From Mobula birostris (Eukaryota), in assembly GCF_030028105.1 (NCBI RefSeq), contig NC_092384.1, positions 43,159,553 through 43,223,552 of the forward strand: a stretch of 64,000 bases of DNA, read 5' to 3'. The position numbers and the translations under genes were made by a program. Positions 1 through 11,700 of the stretch are shown here, in pieces (position 1 is the stretch's first letter; the number at the start of each line of letters is the position of its first letter). Below the pieces are notes generated by a model. It was not told where the DNA came from and did no database searches. It worked only from the letters and a program-made list of their open reading frames with translations.

Positions 1-59
1 TCTGAGAGGTTGTTTCATCTCATAGAGGAACCTAAAGCTTGGGAACGTGGTGACTGTAT

Positions 60-325
60 CTCTTTCACCAATCAACCTTTCAGGTCTTTACTCCACCCTT
101 CCCCCCTTCTCCCGGTTTCTCCTATCACATTGTGTTTCTTCCTCCCCTCCCCCACCTTCTAACTCTTGACTCCTCTTTTTTCCCTCTCCAGTCCTGATGA
201 AGGGCTTCGGCACAAAATGTTGATTAGACTCTTTTCTGTAGATGCTGCCTGGTCTCCTGACTTCTTACAGCGTTTTGTGTGCGATGCTCGGATTTTCAGC
301 ATCTGCAGATTTTCTCTTGTTTGTG
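60..325 (+). mobile_element. Penelope-like element 3' end remnant with a decayed hammerhead motif
   Basis: AGTCCTGATGAAGGG...AGATGCTGCCTGG...CAGCATCTGCAGATTTTCTCTTGTT, same terminus as the other copies. Confidence 0.7.
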
Positions 326-1833
326 ATAGCTGCAGGATAATGGGTTGTCTGTTTAAGATGGCGATCAGGAAGATGTTTGTTGAATCTTTGGCATTCTCTA
401 CCGCAAGGAACTATGGAAAGCAAGTCACTGAATATACTCAAGGCTGAGACAGATTTTTAAACTATAGAGGAGTCAAAATTGATGAGAAAGGGGAGGAAAT
501 ATAGAGTAGAAGCCAAGATCTGATAAACCACGATACTGAGCTGGCTTGAAGGACCATGTCCTCCACTTCATCTCCTATTCTTATAGTTGTGATTATTTTA
601 TAATATCTACATAAACCTATGAAATCCTGAGTTGCAGCCACTCCTTGTGGATCATTTCTTCTTAGATATTAGCTTAGCTTTTCTTCTTTTGTACAATACA
701 TTCAATGCTTTTGTAAACAAACAACCAGAATCACAACCAGTTCTTCAAACTGGGTACTGAAACCATTTGTAGACACATTTCCTCTTGGAAAGTGTATCAA
801 GGTCTGGTTAGCTTTCTTTCTAAGAACTGGTGATGATTTCAATTGGCTAACCCTCAATACATCTCTTGTCATTTCACACAACCAACAGAAATATTTGTAT
901 TTATGGTGTACCTGTTCTTAAGTGCAACATAGTCAGTAAAAACACTTTAGAAATGTAATTTTGATTATAACAGAGCCAAACGTGGCAACAAATTTGCACT
1001 TTGCGAGGACTTACAAATATCAATGGACGAATGATCATATAATCCATTTTAATGCTGTTGACTGAGAGTTCATAATACTGAAAGAAACCTATTTTTCTTC
1101 TTGCACTTGAGCTGGCAGTTTGGACCCAGTTTTTTGATCATAAGTGAAGAATGGCACTTTTGACAAGACAGAACTATCAGCCTAAATTATTTGTTGAACA
1201 CTCTGGAGTGAAGAATGAATCCATGGTCATTTGATTCAAGGCAGGAATTCTAATCCAGTGGATTCCAGTTAACTGGGACACATTGGGACTAGTACACTTG
1301 GTCCAATTAAGCAGCTACACCAATAGCCAAGGTTTCATGGAAATAGTTGAAAAGGTATTAAAAAAAAGTAAAACTACCATTTAACTAAGTAAAAAATTAT
1401 GTATTTAAATGAAATACAGAACAAATGAGAACACGAGCAAAACTACCACTGTACTATAAAACTGTGCATTAGTTCCCAATAGTTATTGGTGGAAGAATTC
1501 ATCCAGTTTATGCTGATATGTTCTTCTGATTGACTGTAAATAAAGTGGGTGCAGTTACTATTACAAGAGAGAAGGTGCTCAAAAAGCTAAAAGATCTTTA
1601 GGTCTAAAATCAGCGGAAACTTGGTGCAGGTAATGGACTGCCTTCCTACAATGCTTTCAACAATTGTACCCTCTAAATCTTCATTTTCATTATAACATTC
1701 AAGATGATTGTTGATACCTTTAAACTCTTCATAGTTCCTAACTTGTTGAAGTGGTGAAATTGTTTCCTTTTCACTCCCAGCCTTTTCTGGCACCACCAAG
1801 CCTGAATGCTTTAAACCACATTGAACAAAACAG

Positions 1834-2154
1834 CAACACACATAAAAATTGCTGGCGAACGCAGCAGGCCAGGCAACATCTATAGGAAGAGGTACAGTTG
1901 ACGTTTCAGGCCGAGACCCTTCGTCAGGACTAACTGAAAGAAGAGATAGTAAGAGATTTGAAAGTGGGAGGGGGAGGGGGAGATCCAAAATGATAGGAGA
2001 AGACAGGAGGGGGAGGGATGGAGCTAAGAGCTGGAAAGTTGATTGGCAAAAGGGATATGAGAGGATCATGGAAGAAAGAAAGGGAGAAAGAAAGGGGGAG
2101 GGGGAAACCCAGAGGATGGGCAAGAAGTATAGTGAGAGGGACTGAGGGAGAAAA

Positions 2155-2206
<52 letters not shown>

Positions 2207-3075
2207 ATGGATGGGGTACGAGGGGGAGGTGGGGCATTAATGGAAGTTTGAGAAGTCAATGTTCATGCCATCAGGTTGGAGGCTACCCAGACGGAATACA
2301 AGGTGTTGTTCCTCCAACCTGAGTGTGGCTTCATCTTGACAGTAGAGGAGGCCGTGGATGGACGTATCAGAATGGGAATGGGACGTGGAATTAAAATGTG
2401 TGGCCACTGGGAGATCCTGCTTTCTCTGGTGGACAGAGCGTAGGTGTTCAGCGAAATGGTCTCCCAGCCTGTGTCGGGTCTCACCAATATATAGAAAGCT
2501 GCATCGGGAGCACCGGACGCAGTATATCACCTCAGCCGACTTACAGGTGAAGCGTCGCCTCACCTGGAAAGACCGTCTGGGGCCCTGAATGGTGGTGAGG
2601 GAGGAAGTGTAAGGGCATGTGTAGCACTTGTCCACTTACAAGGATAAGTGCCGGGAGGGAGATCGGTGGGAAGGGATGAGGGGACGAATGGACAAGGCAG
2701 TCACGTACGGAGCGATCCCTACGGAAAGCGGGGGGGGGAGGGAAAGATGTGCTTAGTGGTGGGATCCCGTTGGAGGTGGCGGAAGTTACAGAGGATTATA
2801 TGTTGGACCCGGAGGCTGGTGGGGTGGTAGGAGAGGACAAGGGGAACCCTATTCCTAGTGGGGTGGCAGGAGGATGGGGTGAGAGCAGATGTGCGTGAAA
2901 TGGGAGAGATGCGTTTGAGAGCAGAGTTGATGGTGGAGGAAGGGAAGCCCCTTTCTTTAAAAAAGGAGGACATCTCCTTCGTCCTGGAATGAAAAGCCTC
3001 ATTCTGAGAGCAGATGCGGCAGAGACGGAGGAATTGAGAGAAGAGGATGGCATTTTTGACGGAGGAATTGTGAGA
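1834..3075 (-). mobile_element. Penelope-like retroelement, 5'-truncated (RT thumb/linker and GIY-YIG endonuclease remnants)
   Basis: ORF 2237..2635 has CYTC...VIYCVRCSRC..LYIGET...HF (GIY-YIG with Cys/His motifs); 10-bp TSD AACAAAACAG at 1824-1833 and 3076-3085; (GA)n tract. Confidence 0.9.
1896..1931 (-). ncRNA. Minimal type I hammerhead ribozyme motif in PLE (one stem I mismatch)
   Basis: AGTC-CTGACGA-AGGGTCTCGGCCT-GAAA-CGTC-AACT. Confidence 0.65.
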
Positions 3076-4348
3076 AACAAAACAGTTCTTAATTGCCTTA
3101 CTACTTATTTGTCACCAACTATCATTGACAAAAATCTCTACTTTTTGGACACAAACACTTGGCAACTGACACTATTTAAAAACTGTTAGCCCTAAGCATG
3201 GTGTAGTATCTAACGACCACAGAAGTGCACACAACTGTCTGGCAACTGTCAACTGTCCCCTGTCCCAATTAAGCAGTATAGTGTCCCAAATAAATTAAAG
3301 AAATCCCAGCAGTTTTTGTTCTTTAAGAGTTGCCTCAAATAAATAGCTACCCTGATCAACCAATGGCCAGTTAAACATAATTCACTGTACTACCATGGCT
3401 GACATCTTACATGATTTAACATATACTCTTGTTAATCATTTCTCTCACAGGCTCATTGTCTAGTGTGATATAACAGTGGTGGGTGATGGCATTCACACTT
3501 AAGTTAGGCAGTAACAACACCAAGCCACTCTCCAGTACTGAACACATAATTGAAGTTGGCATTATGGAACTGAGCAAATGTTGCTTTGTCAGGGATTCCA
3601 GCTCTTAGATGCTGCACCATCTGACAGCTTTTATTGTACAAATGAATAAGATAATGTGGTAACCATTCATAGAAAGACTGAAGCTCTCCACGTGTTAAAA
3701 CCTCCCATCCCCAAAACAACCATCCCACTTCCATTGCTCTGTGAACACCCACAAAAAGTTGAGAGGTCTTCCTGTTACTTACGGCTTGGAAATTAGCTAC
3801 TGCATCTGAGCACATAATGGTGAGATTTCCTTGGTGGAGAATGGGAAAGTTGACATACAAAAACTAATTCCTTATTTAATTCATTTCAAATGCTAATGAA
3901 AATACCATCTTACCATTTCACAGCTGCTCTTCTACTGTTCCGATACATCTTGCAGAGTGAGCTTCCAAGCTTCTATCTTCTCTATGTCAAAAGACTTCTA
4001 TGTTAGAATGAATCAATATTCCTATACTGAGTTTATCATTTCTAAAATTCAGCAAATCTGAAAATATGCCTCGATAATATGCCCAAGAAAAATCACTATC
4101 CTTAATACCTATTACCTATTCTTGTTAACCTACTTTTTAATTTATTTGATGTGAGTATTGCTGGCAAGTCGAATCTGTATCAACTAACCTCAACTGCCCT
4201 TGGAATGATGACAATAAACCATTATTATAAATCAGTGAGGTACTTGTTGCTGTGATTTCACATCACCAATTTTGGATACAACCAATTTGTTTGCTAGGCC
4301 ATTTCAGAGGATAGTTAACTGCACTGCTGTGGGCTGGAGAAAGACAAC

Positions 4349-4486
4349 CATAGAAACCGTAGAAACCATAGAAACTACAGCACAGAAACAGGCCTTTTGG
4401 CCCTTCTTGGCTGTGCCGAACCACTTTCTGCCTAGTCCCACTGACCTGCACACCGACCATATCCCTCCATACACCTCCCATCCATG
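4349..4486 (-). mobile_element. CR1/HER1-type LINE 3' end fragment
   Basis: (CCATAGAAA)n tail followed by CTACAGCACAGAAACAGGCC. Confidence 0.6.
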
Positions 4487-6606
4487 AGAGGCAGTAGATT
4501 TCTTTCCTGGAGTAAAATCGGTGAACTAGATGGGTTATTACAATAATCCATTAACTTCATATTCATCATTGCTGAGACCAGAATTTTTTTAACTCCATAT
4601 TGCTTATAAACTGGATTGAAATTACTACAGATGTCAAGAATAAAGACTATTTTTTCAAATTATTGGTTTAAAATCCCAATAACAATCAATACACCACAAT
4701 TTTCTTGGGATTGTTATATAATTCTCAGAATCAGGTTTATTATCACTTATATAAGAGTATGCCATGAAACTGGTTGTTCTGTGGCAATAGGTCAGTGCAA
4801 AACTTTAAAAAAAATAGAGCAAAAGGGGAATAGTGAGAAGAATTCGAAGATGGCGACAGCACAGGAGACAATTTAGCCTATTAAGTCCAGACTGGAACTC
4901 AGCCAGGGCAATAAATAGCTTCTCGATTTCCATCTAGGTGGCCTTCTAATGTAGTTTTGCAAACATTTTCTCCCACCGTATACTTATCACCATATATTTA
5001 CCAATGGAACCTGTCTGGAGAAGGAATCTCCAGGAACTATAAGAAAATGTGGAGAGTCTGTAAAATGGCTAACCTAAGTCCCTTATTTACTAGAAAAAGG
5101 ATTGTGGGAAATTAAACCAAGCTGGTGTAGTTAGTTGGAAGGTCATTTGGTACAGTCAATAGACTAAAGAAGTGTTTAGCCTGCAAGGCAGAGTTAATTG
5201 AAATAATGAGAGTTAGAATGTACGTTTTGAACAGAAAAGCAAGGTCACAGGATGTGATAAAGAAAGACAAACAAGGCCACAAATAATTCTGTACACACTG
5301 ATGGTCAGAGGCCAAATCATTATCTACAAGTAGAATGGGATAACCACATTCAACAGAAATCAATAATTGATGAGCACAATCCACAAAGCAAAACAGGCTT
5401 CTGATAATTTATTGTGAAACTGTAAAATTCTACACCTAACCATTTAATGCAAATACAATAAAGCACTGGAAGTTTCTTGGTCAATAGAGTATTTGTGAAC
5501 TCTCATTTGCAGAGGCTTTCCAGCATTCATCGTTAACGGAATAAGCTGGCCACTGATCCACAGTACAAACATTTGTGAATCATAATAAAAAATTTAAAAA
5601 GATGAAAGTGAGAGGTTACAATCCAGAGGCTCCTCTTGCTGAAGCAAAAGGCTTGATGGGAAGGGCAAGAAAGTGACTAATATAAAAACGGAGCAGCCAT
5701 AGCAAAGAAGCAACATGAACAAAATGAAACAGCATCAGTAAAGTACGCAAAGTACAAGGAACATGAGAAACCATGTGGGAGAACAGTAGTGGCTGTGAGC
5801 CCTACATTCCCATAAAGTAGACTGAAGTGACATCGACTGGGGATGTTTAGATATAAAAACTTCTATGCACCTAATGAATACTATGAAGTACCTACCCCCA
5901 TCCTATGACGAGGATGTAAAAAAAGCATTCCCAGCACTTTTAAAACGAATGGTTACAAAAATGATGGGGGGACGGGTACCAGAAATCTTTGATAGCCTTA
6001 GAGAAAAGATAAATTGCCTGTCTTAAAAAAGAATGATGGCAGTCAGGTGTTTTGGGACGTGAGCAGAGTTAAAGGAGGCTCACAGATTTACCAACAATGA
6101 CATTCAATTGATAGTGAAGTTAATGGTGCAGCAATCTCTGCTGCATCATTACCAAGATAGAACATGGGTCATGCATTTGGGACCTCCCAATGACCTGAAG
6201 TTTAATAGTTTTGAAACAGTTATAATACATGAATTTGGGAGGGGCACACCAAATTCACCAGAATAATCAGATGCTCTGGCAGTACAAGGGTAACAGAGAT
6301 CCAAAATTAGATGCTTTATTATTACTTAGGTTGGCACACAGATCCCAACTCAGCTTCCTTCCATTGTAAATTGGCTGAGAAGCTTACTGTACTGAGTTGT
6401 AATAATGGTAGTCTGTACCACACATATAGAATGTCACCTCCACATTGAAATTACTCCAATATATTTTAATGCCGTGGTTCATGGGAAAAGAGGTAAAGAC
6501 ATGTAGGGTCAGATGAGGACTAGCAGAGATAGTGAGAGCAGGATACGAAGTGCAGATGAACACAATTAACAGGACTTAGCGAGCAGACAGTGGGACTTAG
6601 GGTGGC

Positions 6607-7085
6607 AGAACATAGAAACACAGAAATCTACAGCACATTACAGGACCTTCAGTCACAATGTTGTGCCGACCATGTAACCTACTCTAGAAACTGCCTAGAA
6701 CTTCCCTAGCGCATAGCCCTCTAAGCTCCATATATCTATCTAAGACCCTATTGTATCTGCCTCTACCATCATCACTGGCAGTGCATTCCACGCACCCACC
6801 ACTCTCTGTGTGAAAAACTTACCTCTGACATCCCCCTTGTACCCACTTCCAAGCATCTTAAAACTAGGCCCCTCTTGTTAGCCATTCCAGCCCTGGGAAA
6901 AAGCCTCTAGCAATCCACACGATCAATGCTTCTCATCATCTTATACACCTCTATCAGGTCACCTCTCATCCTCTGTCGCTCCAAAGAAAAAACGGCCAAG
7001 TTCACTCAACCTATTCTCATAAGACATGCTCTCCAAACTAGGCAACATCCTTGTAAATCTCCTCTGCGCTCTCTCTATAGTAACA
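6607..7085 (-). mobile_element. CR1/HER1-type LINE 3' fragment
   Basis: CATAGAAAC tail; similar to 42598-43145; C-terminal ORF2 remnants. Confidence 0.7.
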
Positions 7086-7219
7086 TTCAGAAAGACAGTG
7101 GAGGAAGCAGCACAAGTACTCCTTAAGGAATTTAAATTTTACATGAGGGAACAATTAATGGAATCAAAGACAGAGTGAGTAATATTTCTCAAGAAGAAAA
7201 TAGAGAACAGGAATGTAAT

Positions 7220-7949
7220 CAACACACATCAAAGTTGCTGGTGAACACAGCAGGCCAGGCAGCATCTCTAGGAAGAGGTACAGTCGACGTTTCGGGCCCA
7301 GACCCTTCGTCAGGACTAACTGAAAAAAGAGCTAGTAAGAGATTTGAAAGTTGGAGGGGGAGGGGGAGATCCAAAATGATAGGAGAAGACAGGAGCAGGA
7401 GGGATGGAGCCAAGAGCTGGACAGGTGATTAGCAAAAGGGATATGAGAGGATCATGGGAAAGGAGGCCTTGGGAGAAAGAAAAGGGGGAGGGGGGAAAAA
7501 CCCAGGAGGGACAGAGGGAAAAAAAAGGAGAGAGAGAAAAAGAATGTGTGTATATAAATAAATAACGGATGGGGTACGTGGGGGAGGTGGGGCATTAGCG
7601 GAAGTTAGAGAAGTCAATGTTCATGCCATCAGGTTGGAGGCTACCCAGACGGAATATAAGGCGTTGTTCCTCCAGTCTGAGTGTGGCTTCATCTTTACAG
7701 TAGAGGAGGCCGTGGATAGACATATCAGAGTGAGAATGGGACGTGGAATTAAAATGTGTGGCCACTGGGAGATCCTGCTTTCTCTGGCGGACAGAGCGTA
7801 GGTGTTCAGCAAAACGATCTCCCAGTCTGCGTTGGGTCTCGCCAATATACAGAAGGCCACATCGGGAGCACCAGACGCAGTGTATCACCCCAGCCGACTC
7901 ACAGGTGAAGTGTCGCCTCACCTGGAAGGACTGTCATGTCATTAAAAAT
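7220..7949 (-). mobile_element. Penelope-like retroelement, 5'-truncated, GIY-YIG remnant
   Basis: ORF 7595..7921 LYIGETQRRLGDRFAEH; 11-bp TSD AGGAATGTAAT at 7209-7219 and 7950-7960. Confidence 0.9.
7282..7317 (-). ncRNA. Minimal type I hammerhead ribozyme motif in PLE (intact core)
   Basis: AGTC-CTGACGA-A-GGG-TCTGGG-CCC-GAAA-CGTC-GACT; stem I AGTC/GACT, palindromic ACGT helix III, GTC cleavage triplet. Confidence 0.75.
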
Positions 7950-8274
7950 AGGAATGTAATGTCTGTTCCTACTAGCTGTTGTCCTAGGTACATGGTGGTG
8001 TTCTTCAGTTAGCAAACTACTGGGTCCCCAGTTGAGTATCAGTGCAACAGCTGGGATACACAACCAGCTATCTGCAGCCATTGACTATAACCAGTCAAGT
8101 GGACAAGGCATAGAATAGAATTAATGCTTTCACCATACAAATTTGAAGCCTTCAAAACAACACTTGTAAGTAAATATCTGAAACTGCAATTAGTTCAAAT
8201 ACCATTGAAACAAATACAATATCATCTTGAATTTAAGAAAGTAATGCCTCAAAACATATTATTGGGAGTGTTAA

Positions 8275-8460
8275 ACAAGAGAAAATCTGCAGAAGCTGGA
8301 AATCCAAGCAACACACACAACATGCTGGAGGAACTCAGCGGGTTAAGCAGTATCTATGGAAAAAAGTACAGTTGATATTTCACCCCGAAAGGTCGACTGT
8401 ACTTTTTTTCCATAGACACTGCCTGGCCTGCTGAGTTCCTCCAGCATTTTGTGTGTGTTG
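8275..8460. mobile_element. Fold-back mini element made of two inverted PLE 3' ends
   Basis: Inverted arms CAACACACAC...GAACTCAGC...CTATGGAAAAAAGTACAGT; 14-bp TSD (1 mismatch) at 8261-8274 and 8461-8474. Confidence 0.8.
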
Positions 8461-8563
8461 ATGGGGAGTGTTAATCTATTTCTTGTCAAAAGCAGATACA
8501 TCTGCAAAATATTTTTGCAGCTTATTGAATGCTGGTAGAAATTATCAGCAATTTTAGAAATAC

Positions 8564-8714
8564 CTGTGTTTTTTCTTAATGTCAGTGAAGATTTGAACGT
8601 TCTCAGCTCCTATTTGTCTGCGATATCTGAGAAGGTCACCAGCACATGCATCCAGAAATCCTTCATCTGAAACTTGTGAGAATACAAATCCTTCCACTCG
8701 AATAAAATCAGCAT
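8564..8714 (-). CDS. BtpA-like exon 4 (DADFIRVEGFVFSQVSDEG...TDIKKKHS)
   Basis: Acceptor TCTCTTAG|; donor CAG|GTATTT; 151 nt. Confidence 0.9.
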
Positions 8715-11700
8715 CTAAGAGATAAATGTATAAGAACTTTGATCATGTTTATTCTGAGCATGGCCACACTCTTGTCCAGAAATGAAATTGTAAGGAAAAG
8801 TAGCTGGATGCAGATATCATTATGCTTCAGAGTGTTTCATTGCCTATTGAATTCAAGCTGTCCTTTTATAGGTCACAGGGAGTCACATGCACTTTTAATA
8901 TTGGAATTGGTGACATAGAAGAGAAATGTGTGGTTGTTAGAGAACAGAGAAGTGACTTCATGTTTGGATAACAGAACAGAACTGCTTACATGAAACTCTG
9001 GCACACGTCTAATAATAACTTAAGGTTAGACATGTGAACATTTATATTTATATGTAGAAGATCATAAGACATAGGAACAGAATTAGTCCACACGGCCCAT
9101 TGCGTCTGCTCCATCATTTCATCGTGGCTGATTTACTATCCCTCTCAACCTCATTTCTCTGCCTTCTCCCCATAACATTTGACACCCTGACTAACCAAGA
9201 ACGTATCAACCTCTGCTTTAAGTATATTCAATGACTTAGCCTCTGCAGCTGTCCTTGGCAATGAATTCCACAGATTCACCATTCTCTGGCTAAAGAAGTA
9301 CCTTCTCCTCTCTGTCCTAAATGGACATCCCTCTATTCTAAGGCTGTACCAACTGGTCCCAGACTCATCCACTGTAGGAAACGTCCCCTCCACATCCATT
9401 CTGCCTGGGCTTTTTAACAGTCACAACCAGAACAACCTGAAGTTTCCTACAACACACCAAAAACAATTTCTGGTACTTTCTCTTTTATCTGCCACAGTCA
9501 GCTCTAGTTTATACAATTGAAATGAGATACCAGACAGTGAACAGATTTCTCCTTCTGCTTTTATACAATATCCAAGTTATGGCTTTGGATATTAACAATT
9601 GTTCTCACCCAAGAATAAATTTTGACATCTTGGAGATGTTTTTCCACTGATTTTGCTGGAATCTTATCAAGAGCAAGATCTTGCGGCATATTCAAAAAAT
9701 GTTTAATTTCTATTGATTCTGACTTCTATTTCTTAAACAATCCGAACACACTTCATCAAGGATGAGCTATAACAAGAGATTTAACAATGTACAGAATAGG
9801 TCTGAACATTACACACTGCATGTGTCTTAGCTTCCAGTGAAGACTATCCAAATAGCTAGCTTTTAATATCTTGAAATGTTGTGTCATAATTAGAATTTCA
9901 AGAATTAGTTAATATCGTGATTATAATTTCAAGCATTAGTTAATATCATGTGGGCACGTGGCCAAGTGGTTAAGGCATTTGACTAGCGATCTGAAGGTCG
10001 TGAGTTCGAGCCCCAGCCCAGGCAGCGTGTTGTGTCCTTGAGCACGGCACTTAATCACACATTGCTCTGCGACGACACCGGCGTCAAGCTGTATGGGTTC
10101 TAATGCCCTTCCCTTGGACAACACTGGTGTTGTGGAGAGTGGAGACCTGCAGCATGGGCAACTGCTGGTCTTCCATACAACCTTGCCCAGGCCTGCGCCC
10201 TGGAGAGTGAAGACTTTCCAGGCGCAGATCCATGGTCACGCAAGGCTAACGGATGCCTTAAAAGTTAATGTCAAAGTAATGTATTGCATCCTTATTAAGG
10301 TGGGATAGCTAATATGGAATATTATTGCTATTACATATTAAAGATATGCATCAACTTCTAAAAGTAAGAACTATTTTTGTGTGTGATCGAGGACTGCAAC
10401 ACAATTTTTACTGACATACAGACCTGCTGCAAGTGCAACTGCCAATGCTTGTGGATTGGCTGCAGAAAGAATCTGAACCCCCAGAGGAATTCTGGGATGA
10501 GACTGTCTGACAGCAGCACATATAGTCGCCATGACAGCAGTCACTTCTGGACCAACACTTGAAGTGTATGGAATATCGTGCATATTTTCCACAATCAATC
10601 CATCCTTCAGAGAATCAGATAAATCCAGACAAAATTAGTTGGATGGATATGTAAATAAATACAGTTCAATTTAAAATGATGACCTTTTTATATCAACTAA
10701 TTTCAACCTCTAACCTAATCAAAGTACTTCCAAAGTCAAAGGTATTTCAAACAGGAGATTACAAATGTAATGATGGTTGAAAGTACATTTAACTTTTTTA
10801 GTTAATCTGTTTGATTTGAACACGTTAGATTATATTTTGCTCAATACCATTGATTTGAAGAATATCACTGAAGTTACAAACAGTTTCTTAAAATTTCATC
10901 TATTAGTTCCTTTTACTATTGTAGTTCTTTATTAGACAAAAAGTTATTGCTGTCTGGTCTGGAAAACTGATCTGCAAGTAAAAAAAAATGAACATTTTTC
11001 ATCTAAACCTTGTTTTTAATGGGATCGTCCGTTAGATTTTAGGGTGCACAAGCAAAAAGATCTCAGAATAAGAGGAATTTACATTGAAACTTCTTAAAAC
11101 ACTTGATGGGCTAGATGCAGAGACATAATTTCCTCTAGCTGAGGGGTAAATAAGAGATCACAATCTCAGAATAAGGGGTAGGTTGTTTTGAACTGAAATG
11201 AAGAGAAATTTTTCAAGCAAAAGGTAATGACTCTTGGAATTTGCAACCCTGAAGCAATGTGGATGAGCACCTTTTGAGTTCCTTCAAAACCCATCTGAAT
11301 AGATTACTGAATATGAAAGGAATGAGGGACATGGAGATAATGCAGGGAATTGGAAGTGAAAAGGGTCAGTAACTTTAATATTCTTGGCATTATTATACTA
11401 GATAACCAGCACCCGAGTGCCATTACAATGAAGACATGACAGTACCTTTACTTCCTTAGTTTGAACAGATTTGACACGACATCTAAAGCTTTGACAAACT
11501 TCTATAGATGCACAGTGGAGAGTATTCTGACTAGACGCAGTATGGCCTGGTATGGAAATGCCAATGCTCAAGAATGGAAAAGCCTACAAAAAGTGGCGAA
11601 TACAGCCCAGTCCACCATTGGCAAAGCCCTCTCCACCACTGAGCACATCTTCAAGGAGCACTGCCACAAGACAGCAGCATCCATCCAGGACCCCTAGTAC

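Larger units (their letters stand above)
1256..3387. mobile_element. Tigger/pogo-like DNA transposon (non-autonomous), interrupted by a Penelope-like insertion
   Basis: Termini CAGTGGATTC...AATTCACTG|TA; colinear with the uninterrupted copy at 54655-55830. Confidence 0.7.

Noticed and set aside
1587-2259. Overlapping ORFs with SLSLSL/ERERER runs (also 49095-50324)
   Set aside because: Translations of the PLE 3' region and its (GA)n microsatellite
2237-2635. Stand-alone GIY-YIG nuclease gene (also 7595-7921 and 53477-53770)
   Set aside because: Part of 5'-truncated, TSD-bounded Penelope-like copies with broken upstream frames
3914-3997. Possible exon 5 of the BtpA-like gene (strong ATG|GTAAGA donor)
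   Set aside because: Both candidate acceptors give in-frame stops and no BtpA similarity; at most a cryptic exon
9952-10025. tRNA gene
   Set aside because: Anticodon and acceptor stems are imperfect, and the sequence continues into a SINE body with flanking direct repeats
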